Positions 61,501-64,000 of a DNA stretch of 64,000 nucleotides are shown here, in pieces (position 1 is the first letter of the stretch; each line of letters opens with the position of its first letter). The notes beneath the pieces were generated by a model. It had not been told where the DNA came from. It saw nothing but the letters and a program-made list of their open reading frames with translations, and made no database searches. Made by a program: the position numbers and the translations under genes. This DNA is from Phoronis australis (lineage: Eukaryota > Animalia > Phoronida), in assembly GCA_002633005.1 (NCBI GenBank), contig NMRA01000213.1, positions 331,741 through 395,740 on the forward strand. The letters run 5' to 3'.

Positions 61501-62210
61501 AGATACAATGCCAACCTTAACTCTTGGTGTTGAAAATCCGCCATTCTAGAGAAGTTAGTGTAATTTAGAGAAATAGGTTTCCCATTTCCTCAGTATTTGT
61601 AAGAACTTACCGTCACCTACATGGAATGATTTCCACACGCGAATACCTTGGGTGGAATTGTGGAAATTTGGGAATGTGCTTATACCAGGAACTGAGTATT
61701 TTGGAAAAGACTTTGTTACATTAACTGAACATGCATACACATAGCATCCGTTCACACGACCAATGGAAGGTAATACTTCTTTCAAATCCAGAAAGTTTAT
61801 GATATCGTTACCTTCGGCTACGAATTTGCATGTTGTTTGCGATCACAGAGATCCTTTCCATTCTGACTTTCACTAAAATCATATCTCGAAACAGAAATGC
61901 CGGTAGAATTTGACAAGGCTGCTACGTTCAGGAGGAGAGGAGCAGAGCGGTAACATCCAGCATTACCTCACTCTTCCATGACTGGTCCTGTTCAGTCAGA
62001 AATTCACTGACTCTGGGAAGTACGAGTCCGTACTCTGGCACAGGCCTTGCTTTGTGAGGTAGTTTCCTGTATCTCAAATGTTCAGTGGTGTCTTTGACAT
62101 AACTCACTAAAGCACAAAGCTTTTGTGATCGTATTTTTTGCAGAATAAAATCTAAAGGAACATAAAGGCCCATCGACATCGTCCGCCGTCTTGTCTTTTT
62201 AAAATGCACT
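58543..62210 (-). mobile_element. Sola3-like DNA transposon relic
   Basis: Terminus TTAA|GAG at 58539..58545. Minus-strand decayed transposase: (S)EGNAGCYR, RYDFSESQNGKDLCDRK, EGNDI, PGISTFPNF...GIRVWKSFHVGDGK, a C2H2-like segment, GDKSGKNVHP and SQIGGFFSKL. The second terminus was not found; the family name is from memory of motifs. Confidence 0.6.
60351..61469. mobile_element. Non-autonomous CCC-terminated (EnSpm/CMC-like) foldback element with subterminal repeat arrays
   Basis: Ends CCCTCATGAAAAAG / CTTTTTCGTAAGGG with a 2-bp AA TSD. AGTGAGAA motifs on the left arm are mirrored by TTCTCACT on the right arm. Removing it rejoins the Sola3-like relic sequence. Confidence 0.85.
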
Positions 62211-63107
62211 TGCTTCTCTCAAAACCAGTCATTACAAATATCAATTCTTACTCGTTCAATCTTAAAGGCATTTATTTCCATTTAAAAGTTCTACAGAGTG
62301 TTTAAATTAACCTGATAATGTAAAACAAATGAAAGAATACAAGAGGGTTACACGTACATTTTTTATGTATCCTCAAGCTTAACCTCAACTGACTCCCTCA
62401 GTGGGCAAAAGGTCATCGGGTTCAGTTTTGATACTAGCCGCGTAATAAACCCGGAAAACATCTCGTTTTCATTTGAAAGAGTTTAGACTTGGATTCTATA
62501 AATATTTAAAGCAGACTNGTTGATACATTTTGACAAACGTTGCTACAAAAAAGAAACTTTGTTCAATTTTCGTGTTTTTTGTGCAAAAATAGAAGATATA
62601 TTCGAATTATTTCAGGTTATCAAGTCAACAATATGAATAATCTTAATTTGAGAAATAAGCTATGTTGGATTGTGAAGCTTCAAGCCTCTAATTCTTGTTC
62701 CTTGCAACTTCATATTTTTTAAATGATGCTTGTCAAATTCTGGTGTAAGGAAACACTATTCCGTCACCGTGGTAATAGTTACATGTATGTCCACTTTCAT
62801 ATCATGGAAACTGTTGCTGTTGAATAGTGTTTGTAATGCTAAATGTTGTAAAGTATTGTGCATTTTAAGTTACTTATTATGTTGGGTTAATGAATAAAAA
62901 TTGATAACATGTTGTATTGGACTTGTCATACTTAACGATAGTAAAAGATAGAGATTCCCAAAAATTCATAACTTCATACGTTCCGTTGTCTGAGCTTGTG
63001 CACGGCGCCTCTCTAGTATTTCTTCATCACTGTATTCCTGTTCGAATTGATAGCCTGTAAAACTTAACAATCCACCTGCGAAGTCGGGATTGATGAGCCG
63101 CTCTAGC

Positions 63108-63859
63108 TCGTCCTAAGTCGGGATTGCGAGTTGCCAAGTTGGCGTTTATTACTGAGCGTTCTGTTTCAAAATGAGTTATTCTCACCCTAACCAATACTTA
63201 TATAAAAGTGAAACAAAGTCTGTCTCATTAGATGCAATTTGTAATGCCTTTGGAGTGTTCGTGAGTGCACGAAATGATTTGAGAAGCCAGTAATGAATAA
63301 ATCACTGCGTTACCGGCTTTAGGTGCAATAAAACTAATTGATGGGACACCGCGAGGCCGTGTGAGCTGATGCTAATTTAGTGTTTGCTGGCAGAAACTTT
63401 TGTGAAACAACTCGATTTCCACCTCACGACCAGGTGTTAGGGGAATCTTTATTTACATTTACATTACTCAAACAATGATTGCCAATGTACAACTTCTGCT
63501 CTGACGGTGTTTTGACCAAAGCAGAGCTGAATTCGCGGCCCCCCGCGAGCAAGTCGATTTGCAGTTTCGTGGCTAATTCACCAACATAATCACGTGCATA
63601 TTACTTTGGCTCACTAGTATAGTATTTTCTTGACTGGAAGTTTAGTTTCCACTGAACTTTAGCTGGTTTGTTCGTGATGTCTGATCAGTTTCCGAGGACC
63701 TGGCCGGGATAGCGAGTCACTCAGGCCGGCCCCGATTGGCCTGATCGGGCTCCGAGCCACTGGCCAGGATAACAAGCGTTTTGTGTTTAGAACTCAGAAA
63801 ATCACAAGTCTAAACAACACAGATTTAGGTTCTCCTGTCTGTATCTCACGGAAAATACT
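63108..63859 (+). repeat. Second copy of the 9675..10453 repeat
   Basis: Shared blocks such as GAGAAGCCAG(C/T)AATGAATAAA, GCGTTACCGGCTTTAG and GGCTAATTCACCAA. Confidence 0.85.
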
Positions 63860-64000
63860 TCGAAATTGTCTCCGAACACACCCCAAACTCCTGCTACGGA
63901 CCTGTTATTGGCCTGCCGAACTTTGCTACGGTGTGTCCAAATATCAATAAATCCGTAAGAGCGAAAAGAAACAACACGTTTTTGCAAGAACTCGGTGTAT

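Overview
Eukaryotic, AT-rich, repeat-dense genomic DNA. It is most likely from a marine invertebrate (an inference from the TE families and the TACATGTA enrichment) and contains two N gaps and several single Ns. One host gene is supported: a six-coding-exon beta-1,4-galactosyltransferase-family (CAZy GT7, B4GALT/bre-4-like) type II membrane protein on the + strand (20980..34688, 390 aa after splicing). Its donor-site residues are atypical (Lys at the bovine Arg228 position, Phe at Tyr289), hinting at a gluco-configured donor. The rest is a nested transposon landscape. It includes a young 5'-truncated L1/Tx1-type LINE with an intact RT ORF, 9-bp TSD and poly(A), inserted into an ISL2EU-type (YqaJ-bearing) DNA transposon relic that has an inverted relative upstream. 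It also includes three Academ relics (one with both TIRs), a Sola3-like transposase relic interrupted by a CCC-ended foldback element, three Penelope 3' ends carrying minimal hammerhead-ribozyme-like motifs, and many MITEs and tRNA-like heads. A 2-kb tandem duplication joined at a single N is probably a haplotype assembly artefact. No CRISPR or prokaryote-type system is evident. All alignments and family assignments were made by eye.
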